From positions 325 through 64,324 of the forward strand of contig JAJXWI010000007.1 in the NCBI GenBank assembly GCA_021781705.1: DNA of 64,000 nt. The letters are read 5' to 3'. The position numbers and the translations under genes are program-made. Below, piece after piece: positions 21,703-30,515 of the stretch; the stretch's first letter is position 1; every line of letters begins with the position of its first letter. Source of the stretch: a bacterium (GTDB taxonomy: Bacteria; Verrucomicrobiota; Lentisphaeria; Victivallales; GWF2-38-69). Under the pieces are notes generated by a model that worked only from the letters and a program-made list of their open reading frames with translations, was not told the origin of the DNA and made no database searches.

Positions 21703-22128
21703 ATGCGTCACAAAAAACATACGTTTAAAATAGGAAGAACGGGTGCTCACAGAACCGCCCTTCTAGCAAACCAGGTTTGCAGTCTTGTTTTTTCTAAAGA
21801 AATAAAGACTACTCTAGTAAAGGCTAAAGAAACTAAGAGGCTTGCTGAAAAGATGGTAACTCTTGCAAAAAAGGGGACACTCCATGCAAGACGCCTGGCT
21901 ATCAGCAAACTGCGCAACAAAGATGCCGTTAAGGTATTGTTCGACGAATTAGCCCCGCAATATACGGAGCGGAAAGGCGGATATACAAGAATAATACAGC
22001 TCGGACAGCGCATAGGAGATGCCGCCGAGATATGCATACTTCAGTGGGTAGGCGAAATAGGGAAAGTTGAAAAGAAAGCCACTTCAGCTAAGAAAGTTGC
22101 AGAAAAAGTAGAAGAAAAGAAAGCTTAA
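21703..22128 (+). CDS. rplQ: 50S ribosomal protein L17
   Basis: MRHKKHTFKIGRTGAHRTALLANQ...TTLVKAKE.KRLAEKMVTLAKKG...GGYTRI. Confidence 0.95.
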   Translation: MRHKKHTFKIGRTGAHRTALLANQVCSLVFSKEIKTTLVKAKETKRLAEKMVTLAKKGTLHARRLAISKLRNKDAVKVLFDELAPQYTERKGGYTRIIQLGQRIGDAAEICILQWVGEIGKVEKKATSAKKVAEKVEEKKA

Positions 22129-22162
22129 GTTTAGCTTTTAAAGCTAATGTTTGAATCGAGTA

Positions 22163-22191
22163 GGAGGTAGCCAAGTAATTGAGCTACCTCC
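22163..22191. terminator. Stem-loop between convergent rplQ and the GGDEF gene (possible bidirectional terminator)
   Basis: GGAGGTAGC (22163-22171), an 11-nt loop, then GCTACCTCC (22183-22191). There is no clear U-tract on either strand. Confidence 0.35.
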
Positions 22192-22223
22192 CTCTCGTAC
22201 TACCGCACATACAGTCATGGTGC

Positions 22224-23126
22224 TCAGGTCTCTATACGATTTCTGCCATTATTCTTTGCCTTATATAAAAGACTGTCAACTATGGCGATGAATTCATCAA
22301 GTTTATGTTGTCCATTATATTGACTGATTCCAGCGCTAAAAGTAATTTGCCTGCCTGGGGCAGATTCAAATGAAAGATTTTTAATACTGTCAAGACATTT
22401 CGTTACGACGGCAATTGCTCCTTCAATAGATACATTAGGCAATATAATAAGGAACTCTTCACCTCCGTATCTGCCGATGATATCGGACTGCCGTAAATTT
22501 TGTTTAATAAAAGAACATATTTTTACAAGGACTTCATCGCCGGCTAAATGGCCAAAATGGTCATTTACTGATTTAAAGTGGTCAATATCAAATTCAACCA
22601 ACGACAAAGGCAACGAATATCTTTTACTAGTATAAATGGCCTTTTCAAGTTCTTTCAATATATGACGTCTGTTAGGGACACCGGTCAGAGCATCTGTATT
22701 AGCAAGTAATTCCATCTTAGTTAAAGCAAGGTGCAATGTATCTTCAGCTTTTTTAATTCTCAACAAATTAGATATTCTAATCAATAATTCTATTTTCTTA
22801 ACAGGCTTCGATTGATAATCAGTTGCGCCGCTATCAAAAGACTTTATCAGAGTGTCGTCGTCAGTATCGGAAGTAAGTATTATAATTAATATGGATGGGT
22901 AGAGCTTTTTAATCATGAGTGACAGTTCGTGACCATCCATTTCCGGCATCATAATATCGGAAATAACGATATCAGGAAGATTGGTATTGTGTTCTTTCAG
23001 GTATTCAAGGGCTTTAACGCCATTTTCTGCATCAGCAACATCATAACCTCCCTCTGAGACAAGACTTTTTAGAAAAGCCCGTTGCGAAATAGAGTCTTCG
23101 ACCAGTAAAATTTTCCCTGTTTCCAT
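22224..23126 (-). CDS. Response regulator receiver + GGDEF diguanylate cyclase (WspR/PleD-like)
   Basis: From the ATG at 23126: METGKILLVEDS...DIVISDIMMPEMDG (receiver with the acceptor Asp), a coiled linker, then a GGDEF domain with RYGGEEF preceded by an RQSD (RxxD) I-site. The start lies 2 nt after the cheR stop. Confidence 0.85.
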   Translation of the reverse strand: METGKILLVEDSISQRAFLKSLVSEGGYDVADAENGVKALEYLKEHNTNLPDIVISDIMMPEMDGHELSLMIKKLYPSILIIILTSDTDDDTLIKSFDSGATDYQSKPVKKIELLIRISNLLRIKKAEDTLHLALTKMELLANTDALTGVPNRRHILKELEKAIYTSKRYSLPLSLVEFDIDHFKSVNDHFGHLAGDEVLVKICSFIKQNLRQSDIIGRYGGEEFLIILPNVSIEGAIAVVTKCLDSIKNLSFESAPGRQITFSAGISQYNGQHKLDEFIAIVDSLLYKAKNNGRNRIET

Positions 23127-23128
23127 AT

Positions 23129-24601
23129 TTAATACCACCCTTTTTCTCTTATTTTCTGTATATTGTTTTTGCATGCCCTCAATATGTTTTCTGCAGACAA
23201 GTCCTGACAAAATTTTATCGGTTTGTCCCTGTTTTTTCCTAATAAATTAACAGCGTTATTGTACTCTCTTAAGGCGTTATTATAATTTTCCTGACATAAA
23301 TATATGTTCCCAAGATTAAAATAAGCCAACACAATTTCAGGATCAATATAAATAACCTTTTTGAATTGGGCTTCTGCCCCTTTTAGGTTGTTATCCCTGT
23401 CCAATAGTACGCCTAAAAAATAATGTGCATCTACAAACAAACTATCTAACTCTATTATTTTTGTCAGTAAATTAATTGCTTCTGTATACTTTTCCTGATT
23501 TGCCAGAATTGTTGCTTGGGCAAAATAAGAAGGGATATTGTACATATCCTGAGCTATTATTTTATCGAATACGGAGAGAGCATTTTCATATTTTTTATTG
23601 TTGAACTCTATTACGGCTTCCTTATAAAGCTGTTTTAGCTCATTAACGGGCTCTGTTTTTTCTTCTATTTGTATTTTTTTTGTAGAAGGATAATCTTGAA
23701 GCTTAATCTCAGGGATACTGATAAAGGGGACTATCTCTTTTTTACTTTTTCCAGTAGTTGCTTTTTTGTAAACGAACGCCTGCGGAAATTCAGACCTGCA
23801 AAATTTATCGGTTACCTGCCATAAACTTTCTGTATCTCCCAAAAAAAGATACCCATCAGATTTAAGATTATAGTAAAAACTCTCAATTACTCTTTTTGTG
23901 GTCGCCGAATCGAAATATATTATCACATTCCTGCAAAAAATAAGATCCAGGTTTTGCATTTTTTCTGATGAATATGCCTCCGTTGCCAGATTGTGCCTTT
24001 CGAAGCTTACAAGATCCTTTACCGACTTGTTTAGAATATATTCAGAGTCTCTTTTTATGAAATATTTATTTAAAAGAGTTTCAGGTAACTGGTTGATATC
24101 TTTTTTATTAAAGATTGCTTCTTTTGCGGCATTAATCGCAATTCTGTTTATATCTGTACCAAGAATACAAATGTCCCAGTCTTTATAGGAAGGGAGAACT
24201 TCCATTATGGCCATTGCGATAGTATATGGTTCATCTCCTTTAGAACAAGCTGCTGACCAGATTCTTATGGATTTATCCTTTGAATAAGTTTTTCTTTTGA
24301 TCATGTCGGGTAAAATGAATTCTATCAATGATTCAATTTGGGGCCTATTTCTATAAAAATGAGTTTCTCCCACGGTAATTAAATCAAACAGTTCACACAG
24401 TTCAAAATATTTGTTGGTATGAAATTTTATATAATTATAATACTCCAGATAGGTATTGAATTTATGTTTTTCCATTCGTTCATTTACGGCGGCGCAGAAG
24501 AAGGTGATGTTATCTTTATTAAAATAAAGACCACTTTCTTCAATAAGTAATTCCTGAAAAAGTTTAAAAACATCCTCAGATAGATCTAAGCCGCTTTTCA
24601 T
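23129..24601 (-). CDS. cheR: Chemotaxis protein methyltransferase CheR fused to C-terminal TPR repeats (WspC-like)
   Basis: ETHFYRN, the SAM-binding IRIWSAACSKGDEPYTIAM and IFCRNVIIYFD. The C-terminal ~170 aa are TPR-like (AINLLTKIIELDSLFVDAHYFLGVLL..., AYFNLGNIYLCQENYNNALREY). Confidence 0.85.
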   Translation of the reverse strand: MKSGLDLSEDVFKLFQELLIEESGLYFNKDNITFFCAAVNERMEKHKFNTYLEYYNYIKFHTNKYFELCELFDLITVGETHFYRNRPQIESLIEFILPDMIKRKTYSKDKSIRIWSAACSKGDEPYTIAMAIMEVLPSYKDWDICILGTDINRIAINAAKEAIFNKKDINQLPETLLNKYFIKRDSEYILNKSVKDLVSFERHNLATEAYSSEKMQNLDLIFCRNVIIYFDSATTKRVIESFYYNLKSDGYLFLGDTESLWQVTDKFCRSEFPQAFVYKKATTGKSKKEIVPFISIPEIKLQDYPSTKKIQIEEKTEPVNELKQLYKEAVIEFNNKKYENALSVFDKIIAQDMYNIPSYFAQATILANQEKYTEAINLLTKIIELDSLFVDAHYFLGVLLDRDNNLKGAEAQFKKVIYIDPEIVLAYFNLGNIYLCQENYNNALREYNNAVNLLGKNRDKPIKFCQDLSAENILRACKNNIQKIREKGWY

Positions 24602-24604
24602 TAG

Positions 24605-25093
24605 CTAGTCCTTTTTTTTAACCTGCTCAAGGATATCCATTTCTTTCTTGCTTAATATTTCTTCTAAATTAAAGATGGTAATTACTCTTTCATTTATTCT
24701 TGCAATACCCGTAATATAGTTGTTTTCAACCTGAATCGAGATCGCATTTGGCGTGGGCTGGATATCCTCTTCTGACAAGCTTAGTACTTCCATTACGCTA
24801 TCGACAATAAGACCGATGATGAACTTATTTACTTTGCAGAGGATAATTCGTTTTTTGGGCGTATTTTCTATGATGTTAATTCTGAATTTCTTTCTTAAGT
24901 CCATTATTGCAAACATCTTGCCTCTTAGGTTAATTACGCCTTCAATAAAGTCAGGCACCTGTGGTAAATGATGAATTTCTAGTGGTTTTAATACTTCTCG
25001 TACACAGGATATGTCTAGCCCGAATTGCTCATTCATAAGAGTAAACACGAGAATGTGTTTAATTTGTATTTTTTCTTCTGTTTCCTGTTTCAT
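24605..25093 (-). CDS. cheW: CheW-like coupling protein (second copy)
   Basis: ILVFTLMNEQFGLDISCVREVLKPLEIHHLPQVPDFIEGVINLRGKMFAIMDLRKKF. I prefer the ATG at 25093 over the TTG at 25144 used by the ORF track. Confidence 0.8.
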   Translation of the reverse strand: MKQETEEKIQIKHILVFTLMNEQFGLDISCVREVLKPLEIHHLPQVPDFIEGVINLRGKMFAIMDLRKKFRINIIENTPKKRIILCKVNKFIIGLIVDSVMEVLSLSEEDIQPTPNAISIQVENNYITGIARINERVITIFNLEEILSKKEMDILEQVKKKD

Positions 25094-25106
25094 ATTCTTT
25101 TTTTCT

Positions 25107-26174
25107 TTAAATACTTTTAACAATCTCTTCACAAATTTTTTCAATCGGTAATATTTTATCTATTGCACCTTCATCTATAGCCGCCTTTGGCATGCCATAC
25201 ACTACGCAACTTTTCTCGTCTTGCGCAATTGTCAATCCTCCCATATCTTTTACAAGTTTCATTCCTGCGGCGCCATCTCTGCCCATTCCCGTCAATATCA
25301 CACCTATCGCTTCTTTTTTATAGTTTCTGGCTACAGATTCCAGCAACACATCTCCCGAAGGTTGAAAATCATTATTGTTGGCTGAATCATGGATAAGACG
25401 TATCTGTCTTTCGTCTACTCTCATCTGCAAGTCGCAAGGAGCAATATATGCCGTTCCAGGCAATATTGTTTCTGAGTTTTCTGCAGTCTTTATAGTAATT
25501 AAACACCTCTCTTTAAGCCATTCTATCAAACCCTCAACAAAGCCGCTTGCTATATGCTGCACAATAACTATGGCGCATGGGAAGTTTTTTGGTATATTTT
25601 TAAGTATCTCAAGCAATGCAGCAGGTCCTCCGGTCGAGGAAACAATAGCTACAATTCTATTAGCAGCATTTCTGCAGGAATCTTTTGTATAATCAATTCC
25701 TTGTTGTGGCGCCGGTATTTGCGGCATTATATGACGAATTACCTTGATTTTGCTTAACAATACGACCTTGCTTATCAGCTCTTTTTTAAATATATCATTT
25801 GCTGGAGTTTCTGTCTGGCCTTTTTCTATAACATCCAGAGCGCCATAGGAGATTGCTTTAAATACATTACTTTTTGCATCCTTCGAGAAAGGTGAAGAAA
25901 TAACAAGTATGGGGGTGGGATTTTTTGACATTATACTCTGGATAGAATCAAAATCATTCGGGGACGGTATGTTAATGCTCATAATAATTATGTCGGGTTT
26001 TATTTTTGGTACAACCTCGACAGCCTCTTTCCCATTATGAGTTCTGCAAGCAACAATGAAATTTGGATTTGCGTTTAATATGTCTGTTATGACTTTACAT
26101 GATAAAGGCGAGTCTTCGACCAATAAAATTCTGATTATATTTTTTAATTCTGGTGACATTTTTTCTTTTTTCAT
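25107..26174 (-). CDS. cheB: Protein-glutamate methylesterase CheB (WspF-like) with an atypical receiver domain
   Basis: The catalytic domain is intact: IVAIVSSTGGP, VIVQHIASGF, ILTGMGRDGAAGM. The N-terminal receiver aligns with E. coli CheB, but PDVLTLDVEMPRMDG corresponds here to PDIIIMSINIPSPND, so Asp56 is replaced by Ser. Confidence 0.85.
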   Translation of the reverse strand: MKKEKMSPELKNIIRILLVEDSPLSCKVITDILNANPNFIVACRTHNGKEAVEVVPKIKPDIIIMSINIPSPNDFDSIQSIMSKNPTPILVISSPFSKDAKSNVFKAISYGALDVIEKGQTETPANDIFKKELISKVVLLSKIKVIRHIMPQIPAPQQGIDYTKDSCRNAANRIVAIVSSTGGPAALLEILKNIPKNFPCAIVIVQHIASGFVEGLIEWLKERCLITIKTAENSETILPGTAYIAPCDLQMRVDERQIRLIHDSANNNDFQPSGDVLLESVARNYKKEAIGVILTGMGRDGAAGMKLVKDMGGLTIAQDEKSCVVYGMPKAAIDEGAIDKILPIEKICEEIVKSI

Positions 26175-28420
26175 CCGATTAATCTTTCAATAGTATCAAG
26201 AAGATTTGTTTGATTAAATGCTGTCTTTACGATATAGGCCTGCGCGCCAACTTCAAAGCCGTGCCTTTTATCTTCCTCTTTGTTCATGGAAGTGACAAGT
26301 ACCACAGGGATATCCTTATACTCTTCATTCTTTTTTAGGGTGCTGCAAAGGTCAAAGCCGTCCAATCTTGGCATTTGAACATCTGAAATTATGAGGTCGT
26401 ATTTTGTCTGTGCTACTTTATCCAGACCGTCTAACCCATCAACGGCGATATCAACAATATAATCGTGTGCTTTTAAAATATTTTTCTCAAGTTCTCTTGT
26501 TGAGAGCGAATCATCTACAATAAGAATCCTTTTCTGATTAGTTATTTTATTATTTTGCGGTTGTCCTTCCTGTGTAACCGCGGCGGGATATCTCTCAAAA
26601 GTCTTACTATGCTTAATTAAATCTATCACATCCAGAATGATAACGACTTCGCCAGAGCTAAGAATCGTGGCACCTATAATATTTTTAACATTGCCATGAT
26701 GTTTGCTTATGCTCTTTACAAAAACTTCTTTTTCATTTACTATTTTGTCAACAATAAAACCTACTTTTTTATTTAAGGAACTGATAATGATAACAAACAC
26801 GCTTTCGTTAATTTTCTGTCTTCCTTTTCTATCCTGCTCGTTATCCGTTTCGAGGGGAAGAGATAAAGCTTTGCCCAGCCTAACTACGGGTATTATCTGA
26901 TCTCGTACCTGGATTGCCATCTTTCCTTCAATTGTAGATATATTTTTAACATCAACCTTCAGACTCTCTGAAACAGATGCTGTAGGAATGGCCAAAAATT
27001 TTCCGTATTCCTTTATAAGAAGTACATGTATAATGGCTAAAGTCCGAGGGAGAATTATGGTAAATTTTGTGCCTTTATTCTTTTCGGTCTTTATGAAAAT
27101 CTGGCCATTTAAATTACTTATATCATGCTTAGCTACATTAAGACCAACACCGCGGCCTGAAATATCTGTAATTATCGGACTTGTGGACAAGCCATCCATC
27201 ATTACTAAATTTAAGATACTTTCATCTGGCATTTGGCTTAAATCTTTTTCAGATACAAGCTTTTTATTTAAAGCTACAGTTTTTATCTCATTAATGTCGA
27301 TTCCCTTGCCATCATCTTCTATTGTTATTACAATATTACCTGCGTCATGGAAGGCTTCTAAGTAAATTGTTCCTGTTTTGGGTTTGTTAAGATTTTTTCT
27401 CACGTCAGGGGCTTCAATTCCATGGTCAACACAGTTTCGCAATATGTGCATTAGAGAAGCCTTTATTCCATCCAGAATATTCTTGTCTAGCTCTGTTTCT
27501 TTCCCTGAAATCTTTAAATCTATTAATTTATTTTCCTGCGCCGCTATATCTCTGATCATGCGTGGAAATCCTTCAAAGGTAGTCGAGCAGGGAATCATCC
27601 GTATCTGCTTTATGTTGTTTTGCAATTCGTCTATAATCGGATCTAAGCAAAAGGCCTCGGATGAAATATTATTGTGTAGCAAAGTAGAAATTTCTTTTAA
27701 TTTTTCTATATTGGCATCGCATTTGCCTAGGGTATTTTTAACGTCTCTATTCTGGAAAAGTGTATCCTTTTTAATTTTATCGCTGATAAAAGATAATTCC
27801 GTCTCTGTTTCTTTTACAATTTTTAAAAGTTTCTTGATTTGATCTAGTTTCGCAGAGTTTCCCGTCTTGTTTATCATTAGCATGCCAACCAGATTAAAAA
27901 GGTTGTTTATCCTATTTAACGGAACCTGAACATATTCCTGGATTGGTTCATGTTCTTTACTCGTAACAGAACCATCTCTATGTATTGGAGGTTCAACGTC
28001 ATATGTAAAATTTTCAGCAGATTCTTTTTTCAGAGAGGGCTGCGAAAGAAGAGACTCATCCAATTTTCTACAAGCTGCAGATACTACACCTGATTTTTCT
28101 TCTGTTAAGATTCCCTTCAAAATTTTTCTGATAACATCAACAGCATTGAATATGGAGTCTGCAATTAATGAAGAAAAAGTTATTTTTTTTTGTATAATAC
28201 CGACAAAGATATTTTCTATTCTATGAGATATTTCCTGAATCTCAAGAAAATTAAACATTCGACTTGAGCCTTTAAGTGTATGCGCCGCCCTATTTAGTTC
28301 TGTTATAAGCCCATCATTATCAGGCTGGTTTTCCAACTCCACCAAACCGTTATCTAATTTAGTTAAATAACCTTCTGCTTCTACCTTAAATAATTCAATA
28401 AAATCTTGTTCTTTAGGCAT
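26171..28420 (-). CDS. cheA: Hybrid chemotaxis histidine kinase CheA with a C-terminal receiver (WspE-like)
   Basis: Hpt LNRAAHTLKGSS; HATPase HILRNCVDHGIE, DDGKGID, GRGVGLNV; a CheW-like domain; and a C-terminal receiver ILIVDDSLSTRE...DLIISDVQMPRLDG...YIVK. I prefer the ATG at 28420 over the TTG at 28468. A 4-nt overlap joins it to cheB. Confidence 0.9.
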   Translation of the reverse strand: MPKEQDFIELFKVEAEGYLTKLDNGLVELENQPDNDGLITELNRAAHTLKGSSRMFNFLEIQEISHRIENIFVGIIQKKITFSSLIADSIFNAVDVIRKILKGILTEEKSGVVSAACRKLDESLLSQPSLKKESAENFTYDVEPPIHRDGSVTSKEHEPIQEYVQVPLNRINNLFNLVGMLMINKTGNSAKLDQIKKLLKIVKETETELSFISDKIKKDTLFQNRDVKNTLGKCDANIEKLKEISTLLHNNISSEAFCLDPIIDELQNNIKQIRMIPCSTTFEGFPRMIRDIAAQENKLIDLKISGKETELDKNILDGIKASLMHILRNCVDHGIEAPDVRKNLNKPKTGTIYLEAFHDAGNIVITIEDDGKGIDINEIKTVALNKKLVSEKDLSQMPDESILNLVMMDGLSTSPIITDISGRGVGLNVAKHDISNLNGQIFIKTEKNKGTKFTIILPRTLAIIHVLLIKEYGKFLAIPTASVSESLKVDVKNISTIEGKMAIQVRDQIIPVVRLGKALSLPLETDNEQDRKGRQKINESVFVIIISSLNKKVGFIVDKIVNEKEVFVKSISKHHGNVKNIIGATILSSGEVVIILDVIDLIKHSKTFERYPAAVTQEGQPQNNKITNQKRILIVDDSLSTRELEKNILKAHDYIVDIAVDGLDGLDKVAQTKYDLIISDVQMPRLDGFDLCSTLKKNEEYKDIPVVLVTSMNKEEDKRHGFEVGAQAYIVKTAFNQTNLLDTIERLIG

Positions 28421-28610
28421 TCTTTTTACTCTGTTCCTTCCATGAAACTCCAAACATCGATCTTTCAACTTTCAATGTTTCAAAATTCTACTTCGATGTG
28501 CTGTCGGGGCGACATCACCGATGGCGCCGTTATACTCGGATGTTTCGCCAAAATAACTCTATTACGATACATGATTGTCTTGATAAAACTCCGAAAAATG
28601 GAGATCTCCG

Positions 28611-30146
28611 CTAATTGGCTATTACATCGTAATTCTGCTTGATATTCCCTTTTTCTTTAATTGCAATATCCTCTCCACCAAACTTAAACATTTCTAACGC
28701 TTGTTTTAATTCTTGAGATAACTCTGCCAACAGGACAGAAGAGGAGGCTGTTTGTTTGGTAGATAATACGAATTGTTTAATTGTATTATCAATACTCAAA
28801 ATTACCTGAACCATCTGTTCTGATGCGTATTTTTGCTGCTGGGTTGACAAAGAAATTTCCTCGGCTGCACCGGCTGTTTCTTTTACTTGATCTAAGCCTT
28901 TTGTAACCCATTTAGTAGAGTCTTCAATCCCCATAATAGTGGCATTTATTTCACGCTGAATCTCTGTTATCAGTTGTCTTATTTCTTCGGTGGATTCAGA
29001 GGAACGTTCTGCAAGCTTTCTCACTTCCTGTGCAACGACAGCAAAACCTTTTCCCGCTTCTCCTGCCCGGGCAGCCTCAATAGCGGCATTTAAAGCCAGC
29101 AGATTGGTTTGCTCGGCTATACTGTCTATAAGGTTTGTAATACTTCCTATGGCTTGTGATTTCTCACCTAAAGAAAGAATTTTAGTGGCAGTTGCGTCAA
29201 CTTTAGCTGTTGTTTCAGTCATGTCTATTAAAGTTCGTTCTGCAAATTTTGCCACTTTTTCCGCATTGGAAGCGATCTGAACGGCAGTAGCAGAAAATTC
29301 CTTGACTGTGGATGAGATCTGACTGATTGATGTAGACTGGCTGGTGGCGCTTGTAGACTGTTCTTGAACAGAAGAACGGATTTGCATAGCAGCAGAGGCT
29401 GTTTGAAGGCTGGCTTCCTTTATTTGGCTTAAAAGCGTTTTTAATCTTAAAATTGTTTGATTAAATACCTTTGCTAATTTTTTCAATAATTCATTGTCTG
29501 TATTCTCGTTTGCCTTGACAATAAAATCACCTTTGGAAAAGCTGTCTAATAAGGCATAATATTCAGATAATCCTATCGCCATTTCAAGAGATTGATTTAC
29601 CAATTCCTGTACGCCTTGCGCAGTTAAATTAATTTCATGATTCAATTTGCTCAGTAATTCATTTTCTGATTTCTCGGACGCTCGTACTGAATAGTCTCCC
29701 TGAGCCAACTTATGCAACGCCTCGAAAGCTTCACATAATCCTATCGCCATTTCATGAGACTGATCTACAAAATCCTGCACGCCTCCGGCCGTCAGATTAA
29801 TTGCATGACTAAATTTATTCAACAATTCGTTTTCATATTTTTCGGAAGCGCGCGCTGAAGGATCTCCCTGGGCTAACTTGCCCAACACCTCAATGTCCTC
29901 AGATACGGCTAAAGATAACTCCAGTGATGCACTTTTCGCCTTGCGTAGATCTCTCGCAATCTGATTGAACTTACACAGGATCACTGCCATCGTAATAACA
30001 ACTATAATAATTCCCGCTGCTGCTGCATTCAAAGCAATGGTACTTATTAGGGGAGGATTTAAAAAAAGTAAAATTTCCAATGCAACCACTAAAAGAATTA
30101 TTACCACTAACGCTAGTTCTACAAATTTCACACTTATCCATTTCAT
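28611..30146 (-). CDS. Methyl-accepting chemotaxis protein: N-terminal membrane hairpin, tandem HAMP-like repeats, no periplasmic sensor domain
   Basis: Two adjacent TM helices (aa ~9-29 and 33-58) are joined by a very short loop. Three repeats contain GD-x-S-x-RA...ENELL...IN. The C-terminal signalling domain carries the conserved hairpin [44 protein letters not shown]. Confidence 0.9.
   Translation of the reverse strand: MKWISVKFVELALVVIILLVVALEILLFLNPPLISTIALNAAAAGIIIVVITMAVILCKFNQIARDLRKAKSASLELSLAVSEDIEVLGKLAQGDPSARASEKYENELLNKFSHAINLTAGGVQDFVDQSHEMAIGLCEAFEALHKLAQGDYSVRASEKSENELLSKLNHEINLTAQGVQELVNQSLEMAIGLSEYYALLDSFSKGDFIVKANENTDNELLKKLAKVFNQTILRLKTLLSQIKEASLQTASAAMQIRSSVQEQSTSATSQSTSISQISSTVKEFSATAVQIASNAEKVAKFAERTLIDMTETTAKVDATATKILSLGEKSQAIGSITNLIDSIAEQTNLLALNAAIEAARAGEAGKGFAVVAQEVRKLAERSSESTEEIRQLITEIQREINATIMGIEDSTKWVTKGLDQVKETAGAAEEISLSTQQQKYASEQMVQVILSIDNTIKQFVLSTKQTASSSVLLAELSQELKQALEMFKFGGEDIAIKEKGNIKQNYDVIAN
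29454..29921 (-). repeat. Intragenic tandem repeat, 168-nt unit (56 aa), about 2.8 copies, inside the MCP gene
   Basis: The plus-strand string ATAATCCTATCGCCATTTCA recurs at 29567 and 29735 (offset 168 nt). The protein copies [47 protein letters not shown] and [47 protein letters not shown] are followed by [29 protein letters not shown]. Confidence 0.85.
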
Positions 30147-30218
30147 AACGACTAACCTTTAATTAGACTAAGCCTACAAATTAACCTTAATTACATTTTT
30201 TCTAAAGATAAAATGCGG

Positions 30219-30443
30219 TTAAAACTGAATTTGTATCCTGAGCTTTCCTGCCCCTTCATCTTTCACTGAAAGAATTACTTTCTTCATTCTTTCAGCCCAG
30301 ACTCGCGCATCTTTCTCAAAAGTTGGGCAATCGCCCAGCACCTCCAGAATTTCACCCGGTTTCATATCCGGTGACATTACTGCTAATTTAAGAATCGGCT
30401 GAGGGCATTTTAACCCTAGTGCATTTAATACTCTTGATTCCAT
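30219..30443 (-). CDS. TusA/SirA-like sulfur-carrier protein
   Basis: 74 aa with LNALGLKCPQPILKL (the conserved Cys-Pro-x-Pro motif of the TusA family). Confidence 0.75.
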   Translation of the reverse strand: MESRVLNALGLKCPQPILKLAVMSPDMKPGEILEVLGDCPTFEKDARVWAERMKKVILSVKDEGAGKLRIQIQF

Positions 30444-30515
30444 GTGTTTAATCCTCTTCTGTTATTTTTTCTATTAATTTCTCGTACCCAAAACTAATAG
30501 TTTCTTTACATTGTA

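Noticed and set aside
26703-27842. Plus-strand ORFs of 65-154 aa inside cheA
   Set aside because: They are antisense to the well-supported CheA frame, and no independent signals support them.
28421-28610. Terminator between mcp and cheA
   Set aside because: GGAGATCTCC followed by ATTTTT on the minus strand is only a 10-nt palindrome (an effective 3-bp stem), too weak to call. The locally GC-rich stretch GGCGCCATCGGTGATGTCGCCCCGACAGC is unexplained, but it has no clear fold or motif.
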